A stretch of DNA of 64,000 nucleotides from Gammaproteobacteria bacterium (GTDB taxonomy: Bacteria; Pseudomonadota; Gammaproteobacteria; UBA4575). The notes under the pieces were generated by a model. That model did no database searches, was not told the origin of the DNA, and saw nothing but the letters and a program-made list of their open reading frames with translations. The position numbers and the translations under genes were made by a program. Positions 9,356-20,262 of this stretch are shown one piece after another (position 1 is the stretch's first letter; each line of letters opens with the position of its first letter). The DNA is taken from NCBI GenBank assembly GCA_963662355.1, contig OY759361.1:615834-679833 (forward strand). Direction: 5' to 3'.

Positions 9356-11704
9356 ATGAGCAACAACCTGGTTATCGTCGAATCCCCTGCCAAGGCCCGC
9401 ACCCTGGAGAAATACCTGGGCAGCGGTTTTGCCGTGCTGGCCTCCTACGGGCATGTGCGGGACCTGGTGCCCAAGGACGGCGCGGTGGACCCGGAGCATG
9501 ATTTCGCCATGCGCTACGAGGTGATCGGGAAAAACAAGAAACACGTATCCGCCATCACCCGGGCCCTGAAAACTTCCACCGCCCTGTATCTTGCCACTGA
9601 CCCGGATCGTGAAGGCGAGGCCATCTCCTGGCACCTGTATGAGCTGCTCAAGGAGCAGGGCGTGCTGGACGGCAAGGAGGTGCACCGGGTGGTGTTCCAT
9701 GAAATCACCCGGCGCGCCGTGAACGATGCCATCGCGCACCCGCGCACCCTGTCCAATGCGCTGGTCAACGCCCAGCAGGCCCGCCGTGCCATGGATTACC
9801 TGGTGGGCTTCAACCTCTCCCCGCTTTTGTGGAAGAAGATCAAGCCAGGCCTCTCGGCGGGACGCGTGCAAAGCCCTGCCTTGCGCCTGATCTGTGAACG
9901 TGAGGAGGAAATCGAGAAATTCGTGCCCCGCGAATACTGGACCCTCGAAGCGGACTGCGAAAAGGACCGCCAGGCGTTTATGGCCAAGCTGCATGCCTAT
10001 CAGCACAAGAAACTCAGGCAGTTCGACATCGACAACGAACGCGATGCCACGGCCATGCGCCAGGACCTGGCACAGCATGCCCGGGACCGGCTCACGGTCG
10101 AGTCGGTAGAGAAAAAGGAGCGTACCCGCAATCCTGCCCCCCCGTTCACGACCTCCACCCTGCAGCAGGAGGCCGTGCGCAAGCTGCGATTCTCCGCATC
10201 GAAAGCCATGCGGGTCGCGCAGCAGCTGTACGAAGGCATCGACCTCGGGGACGGTCCGGTTGGACTGATCACCTACATGCGCACGGACTCCGTGGTGCTT
10301 GCGCGTGAAGCGGTTGCGGAGTTGCGCGAGTTCATCGCCGGGCAGTACGGGCCAGGCGATCTGCCCGACAAGCCCAGGGTGTACCGGACCAAATCCAAAA
10401 ATGCACAGGAAGCACATGAAGCGATCCGCCCCACGTCCTGCAAGCGCACGCCCGAGCAGGTCAAAAGATTCCTGAACCCGGACCAGCTCCGGCTGTACAG
10501 CCTGATCTGGAAACGCGCCGTGGCCTGCCAGATGATTCACGCGACCCTGAGCCTGGTGGCTGCAGAACTTGGCTGCGGGGAAGGCAACACCTTTCGTGCG
10601 ACCGGATCATCGATCAAGAACCCGGGCTTTATCAAGGTCTACCAGGAGGGGCTGGACGATACCGCAAAAGGTGCGGACGAGCGCATGCTGCCATCCCTGG
10701 AGGTTGGCGAGACCGTTGCACTGAACGCCATCCGGGCCGAACAGCATTTCACCGAGCCGCCACCGCGTTTCACGGAGGCGACCCTGGTCAAGACCCTGGA
10801 AGAATTCGGCATCGGCCGCCCGTCCACCTATGCGAGCATTATCTCGACCCTGCAAAGCCGTGAATACGCCGAGACCGACAAGCGGCGGTTCACGCCCACC
10901 GACATGGGCCGGCTGGTCAACGGGTTCCTGACCCAGCATTTCACGCAGTACGTCGATTACGATTTCACCGCGCACCTGGAAGACGACCTGGACGAGATCG
11001 CGCGCGGCGAAAAGGACTGGGTGCCGGTGCTGCATGCATTCTGGGAACCGTTCAGCACACGGGTCATCGAAAAGGAACAGACCGTCAGCCGGGAAGAGGC
11101 CGTACAGGCCCGCGAACTCGGGGCCGACCCCGGGTCCGGCAAGCCGGTCAGCGTGCGTATGGGCCGCTACGGGCCGTTCGTGCAGATCGGCACCCGGGAT
11201 GACCCGGAAAAGCCCCGGTTTGCCGGACTGCTCCCCGGGCAGAAGATCACGAAGATTACGCTGCAGGAGGCCCTCGAACTGTTCAAGCTGCCACGCCCCC
11301 TCGGCGAGACCGAGCAGGGGGAACCGGTGCAGGCCGGCATCGGGCGCTACGGCCCGTACATCAAATACGGAGGAAAGTATCTCTCCATCCAGAACGACGA
11401 CCCGCATACCATCAGCCTGGACCGCGCCCTGGAACTGGTGGCCGAGCACCGCCTCAAGGAGGCCAGCCGGGTGATCAAGGATTTCGCGGAACAGGGTATC
11501 CAGGTCCTGAACGGGCGCTACGGCCCGTACATCACCGATGGCCACAAGAACGCGAAGATCCCGAAAGACCAGGAACCTTCGGAGCTCACCCTGGAGCAGT
11601 GCGAGACCCTGATTGCCGCGGCGCCCCTGAAGAAGAAGGGGGCCAGGAAAAAAGCCAAGGGAGCCCGGCGCAAGGCACCCGGAAAACGGGCGCCAAGCAA
11701 ATAG
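9356..11704 (+). CDS. topA: DNA topoisomerase I
   Basis: Start trimmed to MSNNLVIVESPAKARTLEKYLG (TOPRIM domain). The active-site region ITYMRTDS is present, and the C-terminus is a basic lysine-rich tail. Confidence 0.95.
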   Translation: MSNNLVIVESPAKARTLEKYLGSGFAVLASYGHVRDLVPKDGAVDPEHDFAMRYEVIGKNKKHVSAITRALKTSTALYLATDPDREGEAISWHLYELLKEQGVLDGKEVHRVVFHEITRRAVNDAIAHPRTLSNALVNAQQARRAMDYLVGFNLSPLLWKKIKPGLSAGRVQSPALRLICEREEEIEKFVPREYWTLEADCEKDRQAFMAKLHAYQHKKLRQFDIDNERDATAMRQDLAQHARDRLTVESVEKKERTRNPAPPFTTSTLQQEAVRKLRFSASKAMRVAQQLYEGIDLGDGPVGLITYMRTDSVVLAREAVAELREFIAGQYGPGDLPDKPRVYRTKSKNAQEAHEAIRPTSCKRTPEQVKRFLNPDQLRLYSLIWKRAVACQMIHATLSLVAAELGCGEGNTFRATGSSIKNPGFIKVYQEGLDDTAKGADERMLPSLEVGETVALNAIRAEQHFTEPPPRFTEATLVKTLEEFGIGRPSTYASIISTLQSREYAETDKRRFTPTDMGRLVNGFLTQHFTQYVDYDFTAHLEDDLDEIARGEKDWVPVLHAFWEPFSTRVIEKEQTVSREEAVQARELGADPGSGKPVSVRMGRYGPFVQIGTRDDPEKPRFAGLLPGQKITKITLQEALELFKLPRPLGETEQGEPVQAGIGRYGPYIKYGGKYLSIQNDDPHTISLDRALELVAEHRLKEASRVIKDFAEQGIQVLNGRYGPYITDGHKNAKIPKDQEPSELTLEQCETLIAAAPLKKKGARKKAKGARRKAPGKRAPSK

Positions 11705-11707
11705 CCC

Positions 11708-12283
11708 TTGTGCCGAGCCGTGCTGACCCACAGACTCCAGCAAGCTGCAACGGTTGTCGAGCGAGGTGGTATCATTGCCTATTCAACGGACACCGTGCTG
11801 GGGCTGGGCTGTGACCCGCACAACCGGGATGCCGTCGAGAAAATCCTGTGGCTCAAGGGCCGCAGCGTGGACAAGGGGCTGATCCTTCTGACCGAAAATC
11901 TCGAAACGCTGCAGCAGATTGCAGGACCGCTTGGTGCGGCCCAGCGCCAGCAGGTCAATGCATCCCTGGCGGGCCCTCCCACCACCTGGGTGGTGCCTGC
12001 CCAGGGCACGGTGCCGGCCTGGATTACCGGTGCGAACGACAGCGTGGCCGTGCGCATCCCGCAACACCCTGTAGCAAGCGGACTCTGCGCGCGGGCAGGG
12101 GACCTGGTCTCCACCAGCGCGAACGTCTCAGGCTATCCCACTGCCACCCGTGCCCGCCAGCTCCGTGACTGGTTCGGGCCGCATCTGGACTACGTGATTC
12201 TGGGTCCTGCCGGAACCGGCGCACCCAGCGAAGTCCGCGATCTGATGGGCACAAACGTGCACCGCCACGGGCCTGGATCATGA
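11708..12283 (+). CDS. tsaC: L-threonylcarbamoyladenylate synthase (YrdC/TsaC type)
   Basis: [16 protein letters not shown]...[12 protein letters not shown] matches the YrdC fold signature. TTG start at 11708. The stop overlaps the hemF start (ATGA). Confidence 0.85.
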   Translation: MCRAVLTHRLQQAATVVERGGIIAYSTDTVLGLGCDPHNRDAVEKILWLKGRSVDKGLILLTENLETLQQIAGPLGAAQRQQVNASLAGPPTTWVVPAQGTVPAWITGANDSVAVRIPQHPVASGLCARAGDLVSTSANVSGYPTATRARQLRDWFGPHLDYVILGPAGTGAPSEVRDLMGTNVHRHGPGS

Positions 12284-13194
12284 CGCAGGCGTCCCTGGAT
12301 GATGTATTGCAGTACCTGCAGTCCCTGCAGGCCAGGATCTGTGAACAGCTCGAGGCAGCCGACTGCGGGGGGAAGTTTGCCGCAGACCCCTGGCAACGCG
12401 ATGAAGGCGGCGGCGGTCTCACGCAGATCCTGCAGGAAGGGCGCGTATTCGAGCAGGCGGGAGTGGGCCTCTCGCATGTGCACGGTGAACATTTGCCTCC
12501 TTCTGCAAGCCGTCTGCGCCCCGAGCTTGCGGGATGCGCGTTCCAGGCGGCCGGGGTTTCCACCGTGGTTCATCCACTCAATCCGTACGTGCCCACCACA
12601 CACTGCAACGTGCGGTTTTTCATTGCAGAAAAGCCCGCTGAGCCCCCCGTGTGGTGGTTCGGAGGCGGCTTTGACCTGACACCGTTCTACGGGTTCGAGG
12701 AGGACGCCGTCTGGTGGCACCAAACGGCAAAGCAGGCCTGTGATGCGATCAGCAAAGCCCTGTACCCGCAATTCAAGAAAAACTGCGACGAGTACTTCTT
12801 CATCAAGCACCGTAACGAAGCCCGCGGCATTGGCGGGCTGTTCTTTGACGATTACAACACGGGTGACTTCGAACAGGATTTCCGGCTGATCCAGAGCGTG
12901 GGGGATCATTTCCTGCAGGCCTACCTGCCGATCGTCGAGCGGCGCAAGGATCACAGCTTCGGTGAACGCGAGCGCAGTTTTCAGTGCTACCGGCGCGGAC
13001 GGTATGTGGAATTCAACCTCGTGTACGACCGTGGGACCCTGTTCGGACTGCAGTCAGGCGGGCGCACGGAATCCATTCTGATGTCGCTGCCCCCGCAGGT
13101 CCGCTGGGCATATGACTGGCAGCCCGAAGCAGGCAGTGCCGAAGAACAACTGTATACGTCGTTCCTGCCGGTGCGGGACTGGCTCGCACCGTGA
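12280..13194 (+). CDS. hemF: Oxygen-dependent coproporphyrinogen III oxidase
   Basis: 304 aa with HemF blocks: [37 protein letters not shown] and [30 protein letters not shown]. Confidence 0.95.
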   Translation: MTQASLDDVLQYLQSLQARICEQLEAADCGGKFAADPWQRDEGGGGLTQILQEGRVFEQAGVGLSHVHGEHLPPSASRLRPELAGCAFQAAGVSTVVHPLNPYVPTTHCNVRFFIAEKPAEPPVWWFGGGFDLTPFYGFEEDAVWWHQTAKQACDAISKALYPQFKKNCDEYFFIKHRNEARGIGGLFFDDYNTGDFEQDFRLIQSVGDHFLQAYLPIVERRKDHSFGERERSFQCYRRGRYVEFNLVYDRGTLFGLQSGGRTESILMSLPPQVRWAYDWQPEAGSAEEQLYTSFLPVRDWLAP

Positions 13195-13380
13195 ACCGGT
13201 AGCGGGCAGTCAGCGCCCAGGGTATCGATTTCACGGGTACTCCGGGACGCCGTAAAGCCATCACATGCCGGGCATGTGCCCTGCGAAGACAAGGAACACC
13301 TCCGAAGCACGGACAAGGCGGCAGGGTCCCTGACGTATCTGCGGAACCCGCCAGCCACCGGACCAATCCGGTACGGCGGT

Positions 13381-14145
13381 TCAGGAGGTGCCCTGCTGGG
13401 TCTTCCTATCCTCCAGCGCCTGGTCGATATCTGAAATGACGGACCGGGCCACCTCGCATGGACGATCCGAGCCGGTAATCGGCCTGCCGGCCACCAGGTA
13501 GTCCGCACCGTAGACAATCGCCTTGTAGGGGGTCAGTGAGCGCTTGTGGTCGTCCCGGGTTACGCCTTCCGGGCGGATCCCCGGGGTCACGATCAGGAAC
13601 TGCCGGTCCCAGAAATGCTCGCGCAGTTCCCTGACCGACTCACCGGAGGCAATCAGCCCTTCACAGCCGGCATCCAGCGCCTGGCGTGCGCGAATGCGCA
13701 CCGCCTCGGATACATTCGTTTGCCCGTCACCCGCACTGTACATGTCCCGCAGGTCGATATCATCCATGCTCGACAGCACGGTGACCATCAGCAGGCAGGG
13801 CCGGTCACCGTTGCGCCCGGCTTTCGCGGCACGCACCGTATCGCCGTTGCCCTGCAGGGTAAGCAGCTCGAGCTGGCCGGCAAACCGGTCCGGCATGTTG
13901 CCCAGTGCGGCGCGGACCGTGTTTTCGATATCCCCGATCTTCAGGTCCAGGAACACCTTTTTACCGGACTCCAGAAGGGTCTCGACGAACGGCCAGCCCG
14001 CTCCCAGGAACAGCTGCCATCCGACCTTGTAGAAACAGACCGTATCGCCCAGTTCACGCACCACGGAACGGGCCTCACCGGCAGTATCCACATCCAGTGC
14101 CACGATCAGGCGCTCGCACGCCGCAATGTCATCGGGTCGGTCCAC
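13381..14145 (-). CDS. pyrF: Orotidine 5'-phosphate decarboxylase
   Basis: LIVALDV...FYKVGWQLF...VFLDLKIGDIENT, the D-x-K-x-x-D catalytic motif region. Confidence 0.9.
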   Translation of the reverse strand: MDRPDDIAACERLIVALDVDTAGEARSVVRELGDTVCFYKVGWQLFLGAGWPFVETLLESGKKVFLDLKIGDIENTVRAALGNMPDRFAGQLELLTLQGNGDTVRAAKAGRNGDRPCLLMVTVLSSMDDIDLRDMYSAGDGQTNVSEAVRIRARQALDAGCEGLIASGESVRELREHFWDRQFLIVTPGIRPEGVTRDDHKRSLTPYKAIVYGADYLVAGRPITGSDRPCEVARSVISDIDQALEDRKTQQGTS

Positions 14146-14485
14146 GGCCTACCGTCCTGCGGTCCCCTTCTTGCTGACGGGAAAACATATCGTCATAGCG
14201 GCCCTCGGGCACAACATATCGTCTGGAGTATTCCTTGCGGACACAATATACAGGAACATCGACTTCTCTGCCGGACTCTCCTCCATGCTCCACCAGCTCC
14301 TGCGTTCTCATTTCGCGGCACTCGATACTACCACGGCTTTTCCGGAGAATTCGAGGCCACCGGGCGGAACTGCCCTCCTACAAGGGGATAATTACCTGCC
14401 CTGCGGAATACGGGACAATCCGCGTGACCTGTGGATTCCCGTTTGACCTGGGTACCTTAACTGGAAAAAGGAAGGGTGAACTGAC

Positions 14486-14920
14486 ATGCAAAAATTTCCG
14501 CATCACTATACGGTCCGCGCCGAAGGGCAGCCTTCCGGTGTCGTGACCACCCAGGCCGAGGACCTGCCAACGCTGGAAGTGGCCGCTCCCAGGCAGTTTG
14601 ACGGGCCGGGAGACAAGTGGTCGCCCGAGGACATGCTGGTGGCGTGTGCCGCCGACTGCCTGATCCTGACCTTTCGTGCCATCGCCAGCGCCTCGCAACT
14701 GAAATGGGAGTCACTGGCCTGCGAAGTGACGGGCACGCTGGAGATGGTGGACCGGGTCGTGCAGTTTACCGAACTGCAGATCAGCGCATCGCTTGCCATC
14801 GACCCGCAGGAAAATGCTGACAAGGCATCACGCGTACTGGAAAAGGCGGAGAAAAACTGCCTGGTTACCAACTCGCTGATGGCGAACACGCACCTGGAAT
14901 CGCATATCACCACCGGCTGA
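14486..14920 (+). CDS. OsmC/Ohr-family peroxiredoxin-like protein
   Basis: 144 aa. GDKWSPEDMLVACAADCLILTF and EKAEKNCLVTNSL carry the two conserved Cys of the OsmC fold. Confidence 0.8.
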   Translation: MQKFPHHYTVRAEGQPSGVVTTQAEDLPTLEVAAPRQFDGPGDKWSPEDMLVACAADCLILTFRAIASASQLKWESLACEVTGTLEMVDRVVQFTELQISASLAIDPQENADKASRVLEKAEKNCLVTNSLMANTHLESHITTG

Positions 14921-14935
14921 ACCCGGTACCCGTAG

Positions 14936-15985
<1,050 letters not shown>

Positions 15986-16072
15986 GGCAGCGACAAATGG
16001 AGAAGGTTGCCAGAAGGAGTGACACCGGAACTGTCAAGCCCTCTGGGTATGTACCAAGTTATGAGAGAGAGT

Positions 16073-16500
16073 TGAGGTGACTGGTCCTTCCCCAGAAACT
16101 GGTTCGGACTTTATGCGAAATTCTGACTTAAATTGTTCTGTTTTTCTTCCTCGTTCCGGTGCGCTTCAGCCAACTCCACCGGGGTCTTGTACTCCAGCTG
16201 GCGGTGCGGCCGTTCGTGATTATACATCTCCCTCCACTGGTCTATCCTGACCCGCACATCCTCCAAGGACAAAAACCTGTGCTGGTTCAAACACTCCAGT
16301 GTCACCCCGTTGGCATAAGCCCACAAATCGACCTCTTTCGATACGAACTCGGGGCATCGTCTACCCGAATCGTATGGGGGACCCCGTACTCCAATGGAGC
16401 CTGCTCCAGGGTGCGTACCCCATCGTATCCCGTATCCCTGCAACGCACCTTCACTGCAGAACTCACACGACAGAAGGGGTCCACTACCGTCAACCCCCTC
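16073..16500 (-). mobile_element. Decayed IS3-family insertion-sequence end (transposase OrfB C-terminal relic plus a possible terminal inverted repeat)
   Basis: ORF 16111..16443 ends ...CLNQHRFLSLEDVRVRIDQWREMYNHERPHRQLEYKTPVE, the C-terminus of an rve integrase core. A second frame (16302..16493) gives GVPHTIRVDDAP.., so the gene is frameshifted, and the segment between GVTLE and CLNQ is missing. TGAGGTGACTGG... at 16073 resembles an IS3-type TG-terminus. Confidence 0.6.
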
Positions 16501-16551
16501 AGCCTGCGGCCATGAGTCAGGTACTACGGCTTGGATGGCGGATCATAGAAG

Positions 16552-17655
16552 CTACTGCTCTACGATCGAGTAACTCGTACTACGTCCCCCGCCAAGGTTC
16601 TTCTTGAGGGCGCCACGTTCAGCCAGATCCTTAATATCACGTGATGCTGTGTCTTGTGAGCATTTCGCGATTTTGGCCCATTTTGAACTGGTCAATTTGC
16701 CCTCGAAGCCATCGAGTAACTTGTTCATAACTTTTATTTGTCGGTTATTGAGGGGCTCTTTTGCGAACCGATCCCAGAACCTTGCCTTAGCCATGACTGC
16801 GTCTAGGGTTTCCGTGCTTCCTTTGATTGCCCGATGCAGGCATCCAAGGAACCACTCCTGCCAGCGCGTAACATCCATGTCGCCCTTCTGTGTCCATTCG
16901 AGAGCATGGTAGTAGTCCTCACGTTCGGCCCTTATTTGTGAAGACATGCTGTAGAAGCGTTGCTGGGCCTTCTCGGACCGTGCAAGAGCCATATCCACTA
17001 TCGCGCGGGCGATGCGGCCATTTCCATCATCGAACGGATGGATCGTTACAAACCACAAGTGCGCCAATGCGCCAACAAGTAAGGGGTGCGCATCTCCAGG
17101 GTTGTTAAACCACGTTAAGAATCGCGCCATCTCATCTGCGAGGCGCGCAGCCGGCGGAGCCTCGTAGTGGACTTTCTCGCGGCCCATGGGCCCTGATACC
17201 ACTTGCATCGGTCCGTCACGGTCATCGCGCCAAGCGCCAGTAATTATTCTGGCCATACCACTGCGACCTGTGGGGAAGAGGGCGGCATGCCAGCCGTGCA
17301 GCCGCTCCTCAGTTAACAGCTCATCAAATTTCCCGGTCGCATCGAGCATCATCTCAACGACGCCTTCAACGTCCCTGTCGGCCGGCACGAGCCCGGCAAT
17401 GTCCATTCCAAGCCGGCGCGCGATGGAGGATCGGACCTGGTCCGCATCGAGCTGTTCGCCTTCAATCTCGCTCGACTTGATGACCTCTTCTGTAAGGGTT
17501 CGAAGATGCGCTTCCTTTCGCAGGTCAAAACCCAAGGCTTCCATCTTGCCCAGCAAGCGCCCTTGTTCATGGGATACCGTGGCAAGCAGTTTTGAAAGCC
17601 GCCCCTCATCCCATCTTAAATTCGGCCATTGATCCTTTTTCCACAGGTAGGTCAT
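16552..17655 (-). CDS. Fic-family protein (AMPylase-type), class II, with C-terminal winged-helix region
   Basis: Fic motif HPFDDGNGRIARA (HxFx[D/E]GNGRxxR). N-terminal inhibitory-helix motif SSEIEG matches [S/T]xxxE[G/N]. GC is visibly lower than in the flanking core genes. Confidence 0.9.
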   Translation of the reverse strand: MTYLWKKDQWPNLRWDEGRLSKLLATVSHEQGRLLGKMEALGFDLRKEAHLRTLTEEVIKSSEIEGEQLDADQVRSSIARRLGMDIAGLVPADRDVEGVVEMMLDATGKFDELLTEERLHGWHAALFPTGRSGMARIITGAWRDDRDGPMQVVSGPMGREKVHYEAPPAARLADEMARFLTWFNNPGDAHPLLVGALAHLWFVTIHPFDDGNGRIARAIVDMALARSEKAQQRFYSMSSQIRAEREDYYHALEWTQKGDMDVTRWQEWFLGCLHRAIKGSTETLDAVMAKARFWDRFAKEPLNNRQIKVMNKLLDGFEGKLTSSKWAKIAKCSQDTASRDIKDLAERGALKKNLGGGRSTSYSIVEQ

Positions 17656-17672
17656 TCATAATCTCCGTAAAT

Positions 17673-17705
17673 TATGCGGATATTATGAGGGGTATCCTCC
17701 GCATA
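17673..17705. promoter_or_regulatory. Inverted repeat TATGCGGA-N17-TCCGCATA in the Fic 5' region
   Basis: Perfect 8-bp arms 18-50 nt upstream of the Fic start. Further TCCG(C/T)A copies occur at about 17664, 17717 and 17751. Confidence 0.3.
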
Positions 17706-18208
17706 GGCAAATAAAATCCGCAGATATTGCAGAAAATAGGCGGTCTAATCTCCGCAAAGTCAGCTATCCCTGTGGGTACCACGCTTCAGTGCCAAGGCAT
17801 TCGCGACCAAACGTAGGGTCGAGGTGTCAACGGCAACTGAAAACTGCACACTTTATAGCTGGACATAAGAGCGAAGTTGCCCTTCTATCGTTGACTGGCT
17901 GGTTTCGGCCTCGGCGCGTTGCTCTTTCGGCCGGCGCCGCAGCTGAGGCGCTTTTAGCTTGCTTGCTCTGTTCTTGTGAATTTCAAGCCAGCTATAAATT
18001 TCATAGGTTTCCGTTTCATTTCTGGTTGTACTACCAACGTTGAGTCAGCACATTGCCGATTTCTAAAGGCTTGAACCGGTTTATAATGCGAGGCTCTCAT
18101 AAAGAGTTTGGGTCAGAGAATGATGCTGCGCGGGGCTGCACTAGTACAGCAGGCCATCTGTTTTCGATGATCCAATTGTACATATACCTGTTTCAACGTA
18201 TGCGGTAC

Positions 18209-18856
18209 ATGAAGGCATACATGTCAAAATCATTCGGACGGGTCACACGTGTGGCCTGCACCTTGGCTCTGGGCCTGCTGCTGGTGGCATGTGCATCCAC
18301 ACCGCCAGCACAGCAGGCGGACCTGTGCGCGGTCTTCGAACAGCATCCCGACTGGTACGACTACGCACGTGCCTCAGCCAGGGAATGGGGTACGCCGGTA
18401 CATATCCAGATGGCATTCGTGCGACACGAGTCGAGCTACCGGTCCGATGCGAGACCGCCATACAAGTGGTTCCTGTTCATTCCGCTGGGACGTGCCTCGT
18501 CGGCCAAAGGCTATGCCCAGGCCCAAGACCCAGTGTGGGGGGAATATCAGGAGGAGCGCGGTCGGCTGTTTAAAAGTCGGTCGGACATGGAAGATGCACT
18601 TGACTTCATCGGCTGGTACAACTACAAGACTTGGCGCGAACTTGGCATTCCTCGGACCGATGCGTACAGGCTTTACCTTGCCTATCATGAAGGAAAGGGA
18701 GGCTACCGGCGCGGTACTTGGAAGAAGAAGGCCGGACTACAGCGTACTGCGGGACGAGTCAGGGATACCGCCCACCGCTATGCGTCACAGCTTGCACATT
18801 GCGAGAAGCGCTTTCGTTGTGATGCCTGGTATCAGGTCTGGCCCTTCTGCAGATGA
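18209..18856 (+). CDS. Putative lipoprotein, possibly lytic-transglycosylase (SLT)-like
   Basis: Start trimmed to MKAYMSKS (ATG 18209). Lipobox LLLVAC. The block HIQMAFVRHESSYRSDARP resembles the catalytic Glu-Ser region of SLT domains, but this assignment is tentative. Confidence 0.55.
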   Translation: MKAYMSKSFGRVTRVACTLALGLLLVACASTPPAQQADLCAVFEQHPDWYDYARASAREWGTPVHIQMAFVRHESSYRSDARPPYKWFLFIPLGRASSAKGYAQAQDPVWGEYQEERGRLFKSRSDMEDALDFIGWYNYKTWRELGIPRTDAYRLYLAYHEGKGGYRRGTWKKKAGLQRTAGRVRDTAHRYASQLAHCEKRFRCDAWYQVWPFCR

Positions 18857-19120
18857 TAGTCTTTGTGCAGGACTTCTCGCCAGCTCTGTCAAGTGGTCTT
18901 CTCCCCGTAACCTGATCCAGGCATAGCACGAAAAAGCTTGGTAATTGAAGAGCCCCCTTTTTCAGGTTCATGCAGTCAGTGAATTTCTGACCTTCTCAGG
19001 ATTGGGACGTGCTCTATGCGGTCGAGCTTTTGGGCGCCAGCGCTGGATCAGTGACTGCAGGGAGGGTCAGGAACCCGCAGCAAGGATTGCAGTGCGGCAT
19101 TTCACCATCGCCCGAGGAAA

Positions 19121-20233
19121 TCAGATCGCAGGCGTGCTCACCTTCATGTTCCTGAGCATGTCCGGTTTGACGGTATTTGAGGGGGAGATCGCACCGGTCG
19201 GACATCGGTCCACACAGGCAAGACACCGGATACACTCCTTCTCATCGATGTAGAGCGAGTTGTAGTACAGGCCGGAAGTATGCGCGGGGTCCACGCGCAC
19301 ATAGCCCACGACTTCGTCATTTTCACCCAGTACGAGGTCTGAAATCTCAACGATGCAGTTTTCCATCGGCTTGACAAGCAGGCACTCATCGCACAGTACG
19401 CATTTTGAATTGTTGATCACGGGTGCCGGGGAACTCGCATCTTCAAACTTGTCGAAATAGATGCGCTCCCGTGCAAGTCCGGCTTTCGCCAGCACGGAAA
19501 CTGCGGCATCCACCATCGGGGGTGGCCCACAAAGATACGCCCTCGATTGGCTGACATCAAAGCTTCCATCCCTGACATGGGCACGTTCAAAATGCTCGGT
19601 CACCAGCCCTCTCGGGCCGGCCCAGTCACTGTCTTGCGGCTCTACCGAAAGAACGTTCACATGCTCAAACCGGTAATCCTTGTTCCATTTCCGCTTGATC
19701 GATTCGATTTCATCCTGGCAGTACAGATCCGCCTGCGTCCTGGCGCCGTACAGGAACAGGGCATCCCGCCTCACGCGACGGTTGGCGGCATGCTCAAGGA
19801 TCGCCAGGAGTGCGCTCAGGCCGCTTCCGCCGGCAATGCACACCATCGGGTCATCGGACGCATCAAGCACGAACTGTCCAAGCGGTCCGGTCAGGGTAAC
19901 GGGTTCCCCGGTCCGGTCTGTCCTGAACAGCCAGCCTGAAAACTCTCCGCCGTGGATCAGTTTGACGAAAAACGTATGCTGGCCCACCGCCTCGTTTTCG
20001 GGGGCACGGGCAAATGAATAGGCACGCGGCTTGCTCAGGCTCGGAGTCGCCAGGGTCGCGTATTGCCCTGCGATACCGTTCAAGGGGCTGGACGGCTGAT
20101 CGCATTGCACGACCAGGCGCATCGTGTCATACGTGAGTTTCCGGGTGGCGGCGATGACGCCCTGGCTGGCCTTGACCCGGCTGTGGTGAATCCGGGGATC
20201 CGCTACCGGCAGGCTTTGAAGCTGGGCGCTCAA
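19121..20233 (-). CDS. FNR-type flavin reductase fused to a C-terminal dicluster-ferredoxin-like domain
   Basis: FAD motif RAYSFA, NAD(P) motif GGSGLSALLAI and YLCGPPPMV. The C-terminal region has CVLCDEC...C and CIRCLACVDRCP (CxxCxxCxxxCP). Confidence 0.85.
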   Translation of the reverse strand: MSAQLQSLPVADPRIHHSRVKASQGVIAATRKLTYDTMRLVVQCDQPSSPLNGIAGQYATLATPSLSKPRAYSFARAPENEAVGQHTFFVKLIHGGEFSGWLFRTDRTGEPVTLTGPLGQFVLDASDDPMVCIAGGSGLSALLAILEHAANRRVRRDALFLYGARTQADLYCQDEIESIKRKWNKDYRFEHVNVLSVEPQDSDWAGPRGLVTEHFERAHVRDGSFDVSQSRAYLCGPPPMVDAAVSVLAKAGLARERIYFDKFEDASSPAPVINNSKCVLCDECLLVKPMENCIVEISDLVLGENDEVVGYVRVDPAHTSGLYYNSLYIDEKECIRCLACVDRCPTGAISPSNTVKPDMLRNMKVSTPAI

Positions 20234-20262
20234 TTGAACCTCCTTATCCAGGCCGTTGCCGG

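Noticed and set aside
9317-11743. 407-aa and 378-aa minus-strand ORFs
   Set aside because: Both lie entirely antisense to topA and have no motifs. They are shadow ORFs.
17789-18043. 84-aa ORF in the Fic-lipoprotein spacer
   Set aside because: It has no ribosome-binding site, no motif and an odd composition. I also looked here for a tRNA as an island attachment site and found no cloverleaf or T-loop signature.
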